IMG/VR virus record: IMGVR_UViG_3300047476_000521
Location: 1 to 64,000 of that record
Source: a virus
Length of the DNA: 64,000 nt
Direction: 5' to 3' (one strand)
Positions 34,674 through 45,700 of the stretch are shown here, one piece after another. The position numbers were made by a program, and so were the translations under genes. The notes below the pieces were generated by a model. That model saw only the letters and a program-made list of their open reading frames with translations, had not been told where the DNA came from and searched no databases. Within the stretch, counting starts at the first letter, position 1. Each line of letters begins with the position of its first letter.

Positions 34674-35408
34674 ATGGCCCGTACAGTAAATTTTCCACAA
34701 CCTCCTGGTAGGTCTCAAAGAAAAAATGATTCTTTTCCAAACGACCTGGAACAGAACAACAGAAGATTCTTCACAAAACTTACCTTTTCCAAATATAATT
34801 ACAGTTTTGCTGGTGGGGCAGGAGCTATTGTTCTTGGAGACAGCGTAACGTTACCATTTCCTAGAAAGCTAAATGACAACGAAATTATTAACTGGGAAGA
34901 ATGGTCTGGTGCTGCAGCAGCAGGATCTGCTCTTCAAACCATCGGGCAATTTGTTCCAGGAGCAAGTATGGCAGGATCTGCTATTTCTTCTTTAGCGGCT
35001 GGTGTTGATATGATGGGTACTTTTACTGGTCAATCTGTTAACCCGTTTCAGTTTATGATGTTCAAACGCCCAAATTTTAAAGAACATACGTTACAATGGA
35101 CTTTGGCTCCAAACACTAAAGAAGAGTCAGAAACCCTTAAAAGAATTATTAATACATGTAAAAAAGCTGCATTGCCATCAGGAGGCAGAACTAGCATTAT
35201 GATGGATTATCCAGATTTATGTAATGTGTCTTTTACTCCTGATAATTACCTTTATAAGCTAAAACCTTGTGCAATAATTTCAGTTCATGTTGATTATACT
35301 GGAGCAGGCGGTCCTTCTTTTTTCAATTCTGGTGCGCCAACAGTCGTAAACTTAACTCTTCAGCTTAAAGAAATAGAGCTTTGGAGTAAAGACAACTATC
35401 AAGAGTAA
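34674..35408 (+). CDS. 48: baseplate tail tube cap gp48-like
   Basis: VNP...MFKRPNFKEH...W.LAP...ES; C.I.SV.VDYT; LTLQLKEIE. Confidence 0.75.
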   Translation: MARTVNFPQPPGRSQRKNDSFPNDLEQNNRRFFTKLTFSKYNYSFAGGAGAIVLGDSVTLPFPRKLNDNEIINWEEWSGAAAAGSALQTIGQFVPGASMAGSAISSLAAGVDMMGTFTGQSVNPFQFMMFKRPNFKEHTLQWTLAPNTKEESETLKRIINTCKKAALPSGGRTSIMMDYPDLCNVSFTPDNYLYKLKPCAIISVHVDYTGAGGPSFFNSGAPTVVNLTLQLKEIELWSKDNYQE

Positions 35409-35411
35409 TAA

Positions 35412-36293
35412 ATGGCACAGAAATATTTCGACAAGTTCCCTATCGTAAATTACGCTAATACTCAAGCAATAGACATCACAAGACGTGTAACTGTTCTTGA
35501 TAAAATTGCATCAGAGCCTTACGTATTCTATCCATACGAGATCACAGATAACGAAAGAGCAGACCAATTTTCTGCAAGATATTACGACGATCAATACAAA
35601 AGTTGGATATTGTATATAACAAACAAAATTATAGATCCATATTACGAATGGTATTTACACGAAAGAGATATGCAAGAGTTTATCATCAAAAAATATGGTA
35701 CATTCTACGCTGCTCAAACTAAAGTCAAATACTATACCAATGACTGGACTGGGCAGGACAATATTACAGTTAGTGCATATAATGCTTTGACCTTGAGCAT
35801 GCAAAAATATTGGGAACCTATGTTTGGTAATTATAACAGAGTTATGTCTTACAAAAGAAAAGAAGTTGACTGGAAAGCTAATACTAACAAAATCATGGAA
35901 TATGCAGTTTCTACTTCGAATCCTACGTTTCAGATGGATGAAATATGCGACATAGTTTTTGACGCTCAGTATTATGGTAAAGGCCAAATACTTTCAGTTG
36001 TTGATGATAAAGTTTCTATACAACATATCAGCGGGGTTTACCAAACTAATAACGTAGTTTCTATTTCTGGTTCAAGTTACCTTTATGGAACTGAAAGCGC
36101 AGTAAACACGGCTTTTACAGATGAAAGACTTGTTTCTAGAAACATTAGCGTTGAAGAAGAAGCTTATTGGAAACCTGTTACTTATCTTGAATACGAAACA
36201 GAGAAAAACGAATTTAATAAAACAATCAGAGTTCTTGACAGTAGTTTGAGACAAACGGCAGTGGATAATTTAACAGACTTGTTGAAGGAGTAA
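35412..36293 (+). CDS. 53: baseplate wedge subunit gp53
   Basis: YFDKFP, Y.I...ERADQ....YY....WILY..N.IIDP..EW. Confidence 0.85.
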   Translation: MAQKYFDKFPIVNYANTQAIDITRRVTVLDKIASEPYVFYPYEITDNERADQFSARYYDDQYKSWILYITNKIIDPYYEWYLHERDMQEFIIKKYGTFYAAQTKVKYYTNDWTGQDNITVSAYNALTLSMQKYWEPMFGNYNRVMSYKRKEVDWKANTNKIMEYAVSTSNPTFQMDEICDIVFDAQYYGKGQILSVVDDKVSIQHISGVYQTNNVVSISGSSYLYGTESAVNTAFTDERLVSRNISVEEEAYWKPVTYLEYETEKNEFNKTIRVLDSSLRQTAVDNLTDLLKE

Positions 36294-36294
36294 T

Positions 36295-37548
36295 ATGGCT
36301 GTAGGCGATGTAAAAATTTCCAGTTTGAAAATTGGAAATCTAGACCTTATCAAATCTGGCGAAGCTTCTATAGTAGGATTTAATATCTACGAAGATATTC
36401 TAAATCCTTATGGCCCTGTTGCAGAAATAAGGGTCATAGATCCTTCAGACGCTTTGTCTAAAAACAGAATAAATGGTTCATACGACCAGGATGTTGAGAT
36501 AAACTTTTCTGGCGACGATAATATCTTAGGTTCTGGTGGTGGTAATTTTAAATTTAAAATGTATCAAAACAAAAACCTCAACGATCAATCGCTACACAAC
36601 GTTGGTTCAGGCCACAACAAACAATACGACATCAGATGCGTTTCACCAGAATTTTTGAATGCGCAAGGCAATCATATCGAAAAGAGCTTTAAAGGAAATA
36701 CAAGCGAAGTAGTGGAATATATCCTTAAAGAAGGTTTTAAAACTAAAAGAACTATAGAAAAAGCTAAGACCAAGGGAAACAGAAGAATAGTTATACCAAA
36801 AATGCATCCATTAGATGCATTGAAAAAGATGAACACTGAACATGTTTCAGAAAAATATGAGTCTTCTACATTTGCTCTTTTTCAACAAGCTGATCAACAG
36901 GGCGAACACAAGTATGTGTTTAAAACCTTCGAAGAATTATTTGAAGAACAACCTGCAGTTAAATTGAAACAGACTACTAGCCTGAACTATGACTATAAAG
37001 ATCAAAACGCCAAACAAAAATCTATTCTTTGGTTCAGGCCATCTAAGAATTTTGATACTGGCCCAAGAGCTTTAGACAAAACTGAAGAATACACAGTAGA
37101 TCTAACAACTCATAAAGTTGTGGCTACAAATTACAACAAGAAGAATAAGTTTAAGTTTGCAGACAGTCAAGGGGTTTACGACGAGTCTCCCTCTTATGCT
37201 AAATCTTTGCCTATTAGATATATACATGATAAAGCAAACAACAAAGACAAGCATACAACTTCTTCGGCTAAAACTAAAAGGGCTGCTTTTCTTTCTCATC
37301 TGGCTCAGAATTCAGCAGAACTAGAGGTTTATTATGATCCTAAAATAAAATTAGGGTCTATGATAGAATTAGAAATACCAAAAAAGGCCAACAGCGATAC
37401 TGAAGAAGGCGAAGGCCAGTTTAATGGAAAATGTCTTGTAGTCGCAATCAGAACAAAATATAAAGTGGCTGCAGAACCACCTAAATGCACAATGGTTCTC
37501 AGGGTTGTGAAAGCTTCGTTCAAACGTGGCGGCGGAGGTCAAGGATAA
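36295..37548 (+). CDS. baseplate hub protein (gp27-like position)
   Basis: IYEDIL.P, FKTFEEL, G.MIELEIP...NGKCLV.AIR; lies between genes 53 and 5. Confidence 0.6.
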   Translation: MAVGDVKISSLKIGNLDLIKSGEASIVGFNIYEDILNPYGPVAEIRVIDPSDALSKNRINGSYDQDVEINFSGDDNILGSGGGNFKFKMYQNKNLNDQSLHNVGSGHNKQYDIRCVSPEFLNAQGNHIEKSFKGNTSEVVEYILKEGFKTKRTIEKAKTKGNRRIVIPKMHPLDALKKMNTEHVSEKYESSTFALFQQADQQGEHKYVFKTFEELFEEQPAVKLKQTTSLNYDYKDQNAKQKSILWFRPSKNFDTGPRALDKTEEYTVDLTTHKVVATNYNKKNKFKFADSQGVYDESPSYAKSLPIRYIHDKANNKDKHTTSSAKTKRAAFLSHLAQNSAELEVYYDPKIKLGSMIELEIPKKANSDTEEGEGQFNGKCLVVAIRTKYKVAAEPPKCTMVLRVVKASFKRGGGGQG

Positions 37549-37952
37549 TGTTTTATATTGCAGAAGTAAGAAATTTTGAAGACGATCCAACAAGATCAGG
37601 TCGAGTAAAAGTAAGAATTTACAATGAACATAACGACGAACAGGAAATTAAAGACGACGATTTACCTTGGGCTATGGTTGTTCAACCTAGCACATCAGCA
37701 GCTACTGCTAAATTAGGTTACGCTCCTCATGGTTTAAGAGTTGGATCAAGAGTTCTTGTTACATATCTTCCGCACGATTCTGCTAAACAATATCCTATAG
37801 TTCTTGGTTCTTTACCAAGAGGGGATATGCCAGAAGGCAACGATGACAGTAATGGTGGTGTTGGTAAAGATTCTCAAGAATCTCAGAAAAATTCTGGTGG
37901 TAAAATTAGAAAACCAGGCCCTGACAATCCTGCGTATACTAAGGAAAAATAA
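37548..37952 (+). CDS. gp5 N-terminal OB-fold domain as a separate ORF
   Basis: DDP..SGRVKVRI...DLPWA...G.RV...Q.PIVLGSLP. Confidence 0.8.
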   Translation: MFYIAEVRNFEDDPTRSGRVKVRIYNEHNDEQEIKDDDLPWAMVVQPSTSAATAKLGYAPHGLRVGSRVLVTYLPHDSAKQYPIVLGSLPRGDMPEGNDDSNGGVGKDSQESQKNSGGKIRKPGPDNPAYTKEK

Positions 37953-39388
37953 TGACACAAGAAACTGCTTTCGGAGAAGAAAAGAAAACCGTTTTACATC
38001 GTAAAACTAAACCCAAAATTTTGAAGGGCGATGTAAAATACGCTGATCCACCAAGATCAAAAGGTTCGGATGGCGAAAAGGTAGAAGAAATCCGTAAAGA
38101 ATACGCCAAGAATGCAGATAAACCAACCACAGCTTCTGGCGATGTTGGTGGTAAAGACCTACCTCAAGTTTTACAAAAAGTTGATGGAAACGGTCAATCA
38201 CAGGTTATGCCTCAACTTTATCAACAGATGCAGCAGATAACAAGCTTGTTGTCTATGGGTTCAGGATCTAGTGGAGGTCAAAACGGCGGACAACAAAGTT
38301 TCGGTGATAATCCGTTATCTGGCCCTACAGTTATTCTTAATGATTCTTTTACTGGAGCTCTGGCTATCCTTGTAAGACAGTTCGGGTTTGATAAAGTTAT
38401 AGCTTTGTTCACTTCAGTTTTATCAGGTAATGGTTTAGACAACATCAATATATTATACAGAGATATAGTAAAAAATGGTATGGCTAATCTCATAAGACTA
38501 GCTTTATATTTCGGACCATTAAATATTCCTGTTTCTCAATACGATGACACTGTTTTCGGAGACTTAGTTCCATCTCCGCTGGTTTCTGCAAGTTCAGTTC
38601 CTGATTTGTATGTAAAGCAATACTACACATTAGACAAAGATCCTTTCCCTGGTTATGAAGAATGGTTGTCTCCTGATAAGACAAAAAAGGTTTACGTTAA
38701 AAAACCAACTAAATCTTATCATTTTAGCACATCTAGCGAAGAAATATTTTCTGAATCTGAAACTCAGCTAGCTGCAGATTTAGCAATTTATTTCGAATTA
38801 AATACAAACGGTTTACCAATTAGAAAGCTTACACCAACTAAATTAAACGATATTCTTTATAAGCAGTTGGTAACCATAGAAAATAACTCTATGGATTTGG
38901 GAGCGGGTAATAAGAGTAGCTCTTCTAGTAATTCTAATAGCATGCTTGGAGGTCAATTACAGTCTCTGATTAGTATGTTAACGCAACAGACAAGCAAACC
39001 TAATGCAGCTGTCACTAGCTTAGATGATGTGATGCAAAAATTCAAAAAAGATATGGGCCTAAACAACAAAATATTCGAGCTTGGCAAACAAGCTCTTGGT
39101 GGAGGTTCGCCTTTAGGTTCTCTTGGTAATATGGGCGGTATCTCTAATATCATGGGAGGTTTTTCTATGGGAGGTGGCGGCCTTGGTGGCGTGCTTTCTT
39201 CAATAGGTCTGCCGAGTCAGCTTGGTAGTTTTGGTTCGTTTGGTGGTAATTCTGGTGGCGGCGGCGGAGCAGCTGGTTCTGGATTTGGTGGTTATACTGG
39301 CGGTAACTATGATGGTGGAGATGTTTCCACGGAAGGTATGAAAAATATATCGCAAATGCTACAAATATTAGGAATTTCAAATGGCTGA
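37952..39388 (+). CDS. virion-associated hypothetical protein, Gly-rich C-terminus
   Basis: long ORF between the gp5 halves. Confidence 0.7.
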   Translation: MTQETAFGEEKKTVLHRKTKPKILKGDVKYADPPRSKGSDGEKVEEIRKEYAKNADKPTTASGDVGGKDLPQVLQKVDGNGQSQVMPQLYQQMQQITSLLSMGSGSSGGQNGGQQSFGDNPLSGPTVILNDSFTGALAILVRQFGFDKVIALFTSVLSGNGLDNINILYRDIVKNGMANLIRLALYFGPLNIPVSQYDDTVFGDLVPSPLVSASSVPDLYVKQYYTLDKDPFPGYEEWLSPDKTKKVYVKKPTKSYHFSTSSEEIFSESETQLAADLAIYFELNTNGLPIRKLTPTKLNDILYKQLVTIENNSMDLGAGNKSSSSSNSNSMLGGQLQSLISMLTQQTSKPNAAVTSLDDVMQKFKKDMGLNNKIFELGKQALGGGSPLGSLGNMGGISNIMGGFSMGGGGLGGVLSSIGLPSQLGSFGSFGGNSGGGGGAAGSGFGGYTGGNYDGGDVSTEGMKNISQMLQILGISNG

Positions 39389-40193
39389 TGACAACAAGAA
39401 ACTACCGAAAGATGCAGTTTGCGAAGGCGATATAGAACCAAAATACGGTTTTATAACTGGATACTGGAGAGAATGTGGTGGTAGTAATTGGCATTACGAG
39501 AATGTTTCCGAACAAAATAAAACGTTCTCTCAAACTATGCACCCATCCGGAGCTTATGACACTATTGAAAAAAATGAAAAGAAAAAAGAAATTCACAGTA
39601 GTCATAGACCTGGAGAAGTTAGGCATTATGTTGGTGGCGGTAAATCTACTCATGTTGACGGGCATCATGACATTAACGTTGAGTCAACTTTTAGAATAGA
39701 ATCTGCTGGAGACATAGGTCAGGCTACTGGTAAAAATTATTATAGAGGCACCAAAAATAAAGAAGTAAAAATCTCCGGAGATACAGCAAAAATAAAGACA
39801 GGTTCAAAGGCTGTTAGTTCTAGAGGCTATACAGGAACTGTTAGAAATTCTTATGAAGAAGATTATTTCAACCATGTAGAAGGCGATATTGTCAGCATGG
39901 GCGAAAAGAATAAAGTTACTGTTACTAAAAAAGATTATGCTATAAACGTTGGTCAAAATATGGACACGTACGTTGAGCAGAAAGGAAAAATTGAAACTGG
40001 TAGCACCATGTTTATTCAAACTGGTTCTACAGCAACAATTAATTCTGCTTCTGATGTTAGTGTTAACGCAGCTTCTGAGATAGTATTAAACGCTAGTTCA
40101 AAAATTACTCTAAAGGTGGGTAGTTCAAAAATAGAGATTAGTTCTGGTTCTATAACTATTACATCACCATCTATCGAATTTAAACAAGGGTAA
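39381..40193 (+). CDS. gp5 C-terminal beta-helix spike domain as a separate ORF
   Basis: HPSG.Y; VxG repeats; KITLKVGSSKIEI...ITI. Confidence 0.75.
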   Translation: MADDNKKLPKDAVCEGDIEPKYGFITGYWRECGGSNWHYENVSEQNKTFSQTMHPSGAYDTIEKNEKKKEIHSSHRPGEVRHYVGGGKSTHVDGHHDINVESTFRIESAGDIGQATGKNYYRGTKNKEVKISGDTAKIKTGSKAVSSRGYTGTVRNSYEEDYFNHVEGDIVSMGEKNKVTVTKKDYAINVGQNMDTYVEQKGKIETGSTMFIQTGSTATINSASDVSVNAASEIVLNASSKITLKVGSSKIEISSGSITITSPSIEFKQG

Positions 40194-40202
40194 ATATATT
40201 AA

Positions 40203-40490
40203 ATGACAGAAGCACACGTAAACGGCCAGCTGAGATCATGTGGAGCAACAACAATAGTATCAGGTCAAAGTTTTGTTAAAGTAGATGGTCAGCTGTGGGC
40301 TGTAGAAAATGATCAAAACAGTCATGGAAGCGGTCAATTGATAGCTTCAAAGACTTATGTTAAAATTGATGGAAAGTCTGTTATTATAAAAGGCGACAGT
40401 GCACAACAAGATGCTTTATGTCCCTCTCTAGGAGGAGAACACTGTAACCCAAAAGCCCAAGAGGGTAAAAGTTTTATAAAGGTAAGCTAA
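40203..40490 (+). CDS. PAAR-like spike tip (gp5.4-like)
   Basis: CGA...V.VDG...H...V.IDGK...GD...C...HC. Confidence 0.75.
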   Translation: MTEAHVNGQLRSCGATTIVSGQSFVKVDGQLWAVENDQNSHGSGQLIASKTYVKIDGKSVIIKGDSAQQDALCPSLGGEHCNPKAQEGKSFIKVS

Positions 40491-40924
40491 TGGCAACTAA
40501 ACCAACAAGAGCAGATACATTTACAGGTAGCAAAAAACAAGTAGATTTCTTTTCTGACTTTATGACAAGTTTTGCAAAAACGCCAATTGGTAATCAGTTA
40601 GCAAAAGTATCTAATGAGCATTCTGTAAATCAATCTTTAAAAAACCTATTGAAAACCAATTTGGGCGAAAGATTGTTTCAACCAACTGTTGGGTCAGAAA
40701 TTATGGCTACCTTGTTTGAAATGAATGTTACAGATTCTCTCAGTATGTTAGAAATGTTTATCAGAAATACTATTGAAAACAACGAACCTCGTGTTAATTT
40801 AGTAGAGGTAAACGTTGAAACTGTAGTTAATGATGAAAATACTATTGAAATAACATTAATCTACAACTTAATAAATAATCCAGAGTTAAATACTCTTACC
40901 ATGTTACTAAAAAGAGTCCGATAA
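40490..40924 (+). CDS. 25: baseplate wedge subunit gp25
   Basis: SLKNLL.T..GERLFQP.VGS, IENNEPRV. Confidence 0.9.
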   Translation: MATKPTRADTFTGSKKQVDFFSDFMTSFAKTPIGNQLAKVSNEHSVNQSLKNLLKTNLGERLFQPTVGSEIMATLFEMNVTDSLSMLEMFIRNTIENNEPRVNLVEVNVETVVNDENTIEITLIYNLINNPELNTLTMLLKRVR

Positions 40925-42745
40925 ATGGCAAATAGCTCTCTTACTTTAACTTCTCTTGATTTCGATACTCTCAAGTCTAATTTCAAAGAGTATCTAAAAG
41001 CCCAGTCTACCTTCAAAGATTATAATTTTGACGGTTCGAACATCAACGTGTTATTGGACGTTATGTCTTATAACTCATATTTGAATTCGTTTTACTTGAA
41101 TATGGTAGCTTCTGAGATGTTTCTGGACTCTGCTCAGAAAATAGATTCAGTAATTTCTCATGCTAAAGAACTAAACTATATTCCTAGAAGCGCCCACGCT
41201 GCAGTAGCTAATGTCTCATTTACTGTAGAAGCTTCTGGTTTTACTGCAAACAAATTAGTAATCCCAAAGGGAACTAGATTTTCAGGACTCAACTCTAACG
41301 GAACATACACTTTCGTTACTGACCAGTCTTTGACTTTCACATCAAGTAATAATACATATTTGGTGGATAATATTCAGATCAACGAAGGTAATTATTTTCA
41401 AGATACTTTTGTTGTTGACTATGACATTGAGTCTCAGAAGTTTGTGCTTTCTAACGAGTTTATTGACATAAATTCAATACAAGTAAACGTCATAGAAAAC
41501 TCTGGCTTGTCAAATACAGAATTCTCATTCGTTAATACTTTGTTTGGATTGAATAACCTCTCAGAAGTTTATTTCGTTCAAGCTGTTGAAGGCGGTAAAT
41601 ACGAAATATTGTTTGGTGACGGGCTTTTCGGTAGAAGACCATTAAATGGTGCCACTATTTCGGTTAGCTATATCGTTACTACTGGTTCCGATGGTAATGG
41701 CGTAGAAAGTTTTACTTTAAGCGACAACATAGGTCCAGTAAACGGTGGTACAGCAGAAGCTTCTGAGATAACAGTTATAACTCCTTCTGTTTGGGGAGCC
41801 AATCAAGAAAGCATTGAGAATATTCGTTTCAATGCTCCTAGATATTATGCTACTCAACAAAGAGCAGTATCTGTAGACGATTATGCTTCTCTTGTATATG
41901 CTAATTTCGGCGGCGCTGTAGACGACGTTATTGTTTATGGAGGTCAGGAATTAGAACCTAAACTATACGGTAGAGTAATTATTGCTATTAAACCAACAGC
42001 CTCTACTATTGCATCTTCTTTGTTAAAGACTAATATTGAAAACTATTTACAGGATTTTATTGCTTTACCTAATAGAGTGGTTGTATCTGACCCAGACTAT
42101 TTCTACATTAAGGTTAGATCTTCAGTTCAGTTTAATTCTAAATCTTCTACAAAGTATTCTTCTGAAATTAGAAGCCTTATATTAAATACTGTTATAGACT
42201 ATAGTAGAAATCAATTAGAAAAATTTGGTAATGATTTTAGATATAGTAGATTCGTTACTCAAATAGATAATACAGATAATAGTATAACCAGTAATGATAC
42301 CCATGTCAAATTAGTAAAAAGAATCAATCCTAAGATTGATTTTGCTACTTCATATGATATTAGATTTAATAATCCTGCTGAATTAGAAGGCGTATATGCT
42401 GGTATAGCTTATCCAGACGATAGAGTTCTTATGAGTTCTTCTTTCTCTTATATTAATGAAAGAAACGAAGTAACTCCTAATTGTTATATCGAAGATGATG
42501 CTGTCGGTAATCTTATAGTTTATACTTATATTAAAGGGTTAAAAACCGTATTAAATAATGCAATAGGAAACATTAATTATGAAACCGGAGCAGTTTCTAT
42601 AACTAACCTTAAAACCAGAGATTATGGTAATTATATTACTCTAGAGCTTTCTACTAGAAATAAAGATATTATAGCATCAAAGAATATGGTATTGGTTATA
42701 GAAGCCGAAGACATTAGTATTAACGTAATAGAAACATTGAAGTAA
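40925..42745 (+). CDS. 6: baseplate wedge subunit gp6
   Basis: LDFD..K, DYNFDGS...LLD, EMFLDSAQ, FGDG.FG, Q.RAV..DDY. Confidence 0.92.
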   Translation: MANSSLTLTSLDFDTLKSNFKEYLKAQSTFKDYNFDGSNINVLLDVMSYNSYLNSFYLNMVASEMFLDSAQKIDSVISHAKELNYIPRSAHAAVANVSFTVEASGFTANKLVIPKGTRFSGLNSNGTYTFVTDQSLTFTSSNNTYLVDNIQINEGNYFQDTFVVDYDIESQKFVLSNEFIDINSIQVNVIENSGLSNTEFSFVNTLFGLNNLSEVYFVQAVEGGKYEILFGDGLFGRRPLNGATISVSYIVTTGSDGNGVESFTLSDNIGPVNGGTAEASEITVITPSVWGANQESIENIRFNAPRYYATQQRAVSVDDYASLVYANFGGAVDDVIVYGGQELEPKLYGRVIIAIKPTASTIASSLLKTNIENYLQDFIALPNRVVVSDPDYFYIKVRSSVQFNSKSSTKYSSEIRSLILNTVIDYSRNQLEKFGNDFRYSRFVTQIDNTDNSITSNDTHVKLVKRINPKIDFATSYDIRFNNPAELEGVYAGIAYPDDRVLMSSSFSYINERNEVTPNCYIEDDAVGNLIVYTYIKGLKTVLNNAIGNINYETGAVSITNLKTRDYGNYITLELSTRNKDIIASKNMVLVIEAEDISINVIETLK

Positions 42746-42746
42746 A

Positions 42747-45700
42747 ATGGATTTCAACATAGAAAAAACAATATCGAATTTTATTGAAAACCAGTTCCCT
42801 CAATTCTATAAAGAAGAGGGACAAAACTTCATTCAATTCGTAAAAGCTTACTATGAATGGTTGGAAGAAGATTCTTCTACTAATGGTTATGGTGGTTCTA
42901 TTAAAGAAAGCAGAAAGCTTTTTGATTATAGAGATATTGATACAACAGTAGAAAGATTTCTAGAATATTTCCAAAAGAAATATCTTTATGGTATTCCATT
43001 TAATGTTATTATTAATAAAAGATTCCTATTAAAGCATATCTTGGATGTTTATCGTTCTAAAACAACTATCCAGGGTTATAAGCTTTTATTCAGATTGATA
43101 TACAACGAAGATGTTGATATTTACATTCCTGGTAAAGACGTTCTTAGAATTTCTGATGGTAAATGGGTAAGTCCTCGTTACTTAGAAGTTACATATACTG
43201 AAAACCTTGAGTCTTTGATTGACAAAACTGTTATTGGTGTGTCTTCAAAAACTACAGCTACAGTAGAAAAAGTTGTAAGAGAAAGAGTCAACAAAGATAT
43301 TGTATATCTGGCTTATATTACCAGCGTTGCCCCAAAAGGCGGCGATTTTGATGTTGGTGAAAGAATTGTAGATTATCGTTATAGAAACGATTCTGAAACT
43401 ATTAGTAAATCCCCTGTTATTGTTGGTTCTCTTGATACATTGGATGTGTTCAATAGCGGTAACTCATTTAACGTTGGAGACATACTAAAAATAGCTTATA
43501 AAGACCCAGATACAAACGAAATCGACTCGTTTGGTATTGAAGGTCTTGTTATCGTTAAATCTTTGTTCCGTGGTTACGGTTCTTTGAATTTCAATATCGT
43601 AAATGGCGGTTTTGGATTTCTTGCCAATTCTGCAATTTTCATTTATAAGAATATTCTAGATCAAACAGGCCAAGGTGCCAGCTTTAACATAAAACTCGCT
43701 GATACTAGACAGTTATCATTTAATACAGACTGGATTCAAGACTTCATCGATTTACGTCTTGACGAAGCATCTTTTGGGTTTTTAGGCAACCCGACAGCTA
43801 ATCTATCGTCAACCATAGGAGATGTTTTACAATATGACTCTGGCGTTTTCGGTAGAATCGCTGCTCTCACTAATGTTTTGGCTGGTAATGCTTATATCGC
43901 TCCTGCCAACGTATTCATCAGATCAACATTCAATTCCAAAAACTTACCTGGTAAGCTTTGGTATTATAACACCAACACTTTCATAAACACATATTCAAGC
44001 GGCGTATATGTAAATACAACATATGTAGATTCTACAAACAATGCAATTCTAATACCAAATGCTATAAAGCATTATGATTTGAATGCTTATGTTGATTATG
44101 TTGTGCCTGCTGGAAACGTTGCTATTACTGGACTGACAGCTAATTCTAGATATTATGTCAAAACAACTAATAGCACTGGTATCACTCTGAGTTCTACACC
44201 AGGCGGTTCAACAGTTGACATAGGAACAGTTCCTTCAACAAACACAACACAACGTCATTTTTTCAATACTAAAGCATTGACTAAGAGTTTCTTTGCAAAT
44301 AATACTTCTGTAAATAACAGCAGTTATTCAATACTTGTTACTGACGCTGATACATATTTTGCTGCTAATGATTATGTGTATTATCTGGTTCCTGCAGGAA
44401 ATACAGGCATAAATGGTATAGAATCAAATACATTTTATTATGTAGAAACTGTAAATTCTACTGCTTTGACTTTATCAGATACTGTTGGTGGACTTAATCC
44501 ATTAGCTATTTCAACAGACGTATATATTGCTGGCGAAACTCATTATCTACTAAATGATACAACTCGTGCTCAGACTCCTTATGTTAATGCCAGTTTAGAA
44601 GAGGTGTTTTCAAACAGCACTTCTGTAAACAACGCAGCATATTCTTTTATGATTGCCAACGCAGATTTAATTTTCAGCGCAGATCAGAGAATTTTTTATG
44701 ACGTTCCTGTTGGTAATACTGCTATTTCAAACCTTGTGGCAAATTCAGTATATTATGTCAAAACAGTAAATAGTAGCGCTCTTACGTTAAGCAATACATC
44801 TGGTGGAGCTACTATACAGATATACGCAAGCGGTTCTTTGAATGAGACTCATTTGTTGAAGGGTTCAAAGTTCTCAAAGTATTTTGCAGTAAACGACTTG
44901 ATGTACCTTCAAGCAAATAGTTCTGATGCTAATACTATGGAATTAGCCGTAATTAGAGATATTATAAGCGACACATCAGTACAGCTATATGGGTTTACTA
45001 ATAATACTTCAACCAATTCTATGGTATACGGTCGTGCAGTTGTTATTATGCCAGCACAATTTGCTAACTCTGAAGTAACATCCAGAAACAGAACTACAGG
45101 TCAGCTAGATCAGTTTAGTTTATTATCATACGATAACGACCCTTCTAATTATGGCCCCTATGCCAGTATTATGAGAAGACTTGATGATACTATTAATGGT
45201 ATTAATGATAATATTCTTGCTCTAAACTCTAGCGGTAATAACATCGTAGAAAGAGTTTCTGCTATATCTTCTGGTATCGGTTACGTTGAGGGCGAATCCG
45301 TTCACGCTTATCGTTATGGTATTCTGAATGTTCCAACTATTGTAAATGGTGGTAGAGGTTATTCTAATGGCGATACTCTAATATTTACTGGAGGATACAC
45401 TAATAGTCCTGCAAGAGGCTCAATTGTAACCAATTCAAGTGGTAATGTTGTATCTGTAAATACAATGACTGGAGCTTGGTATGGTGGTTCTGGGTATAAT
45501 GATGTTCCTTCCATTACAGTAAGATCTTCCAACGTTTTGGCTACAGGAGCCGTTCTTACAACATCGTACATACCTTTTGATACTGCCAACGAAATTAGAG
45601 GTCTAGTTAGAAAATCTGGTATTGGTAGAGATATAGGTTATTGGGCCAACGAAGACGGTCTATTAGATTCAGAAAAGAAAATTCAAGATAGTTACTACTA

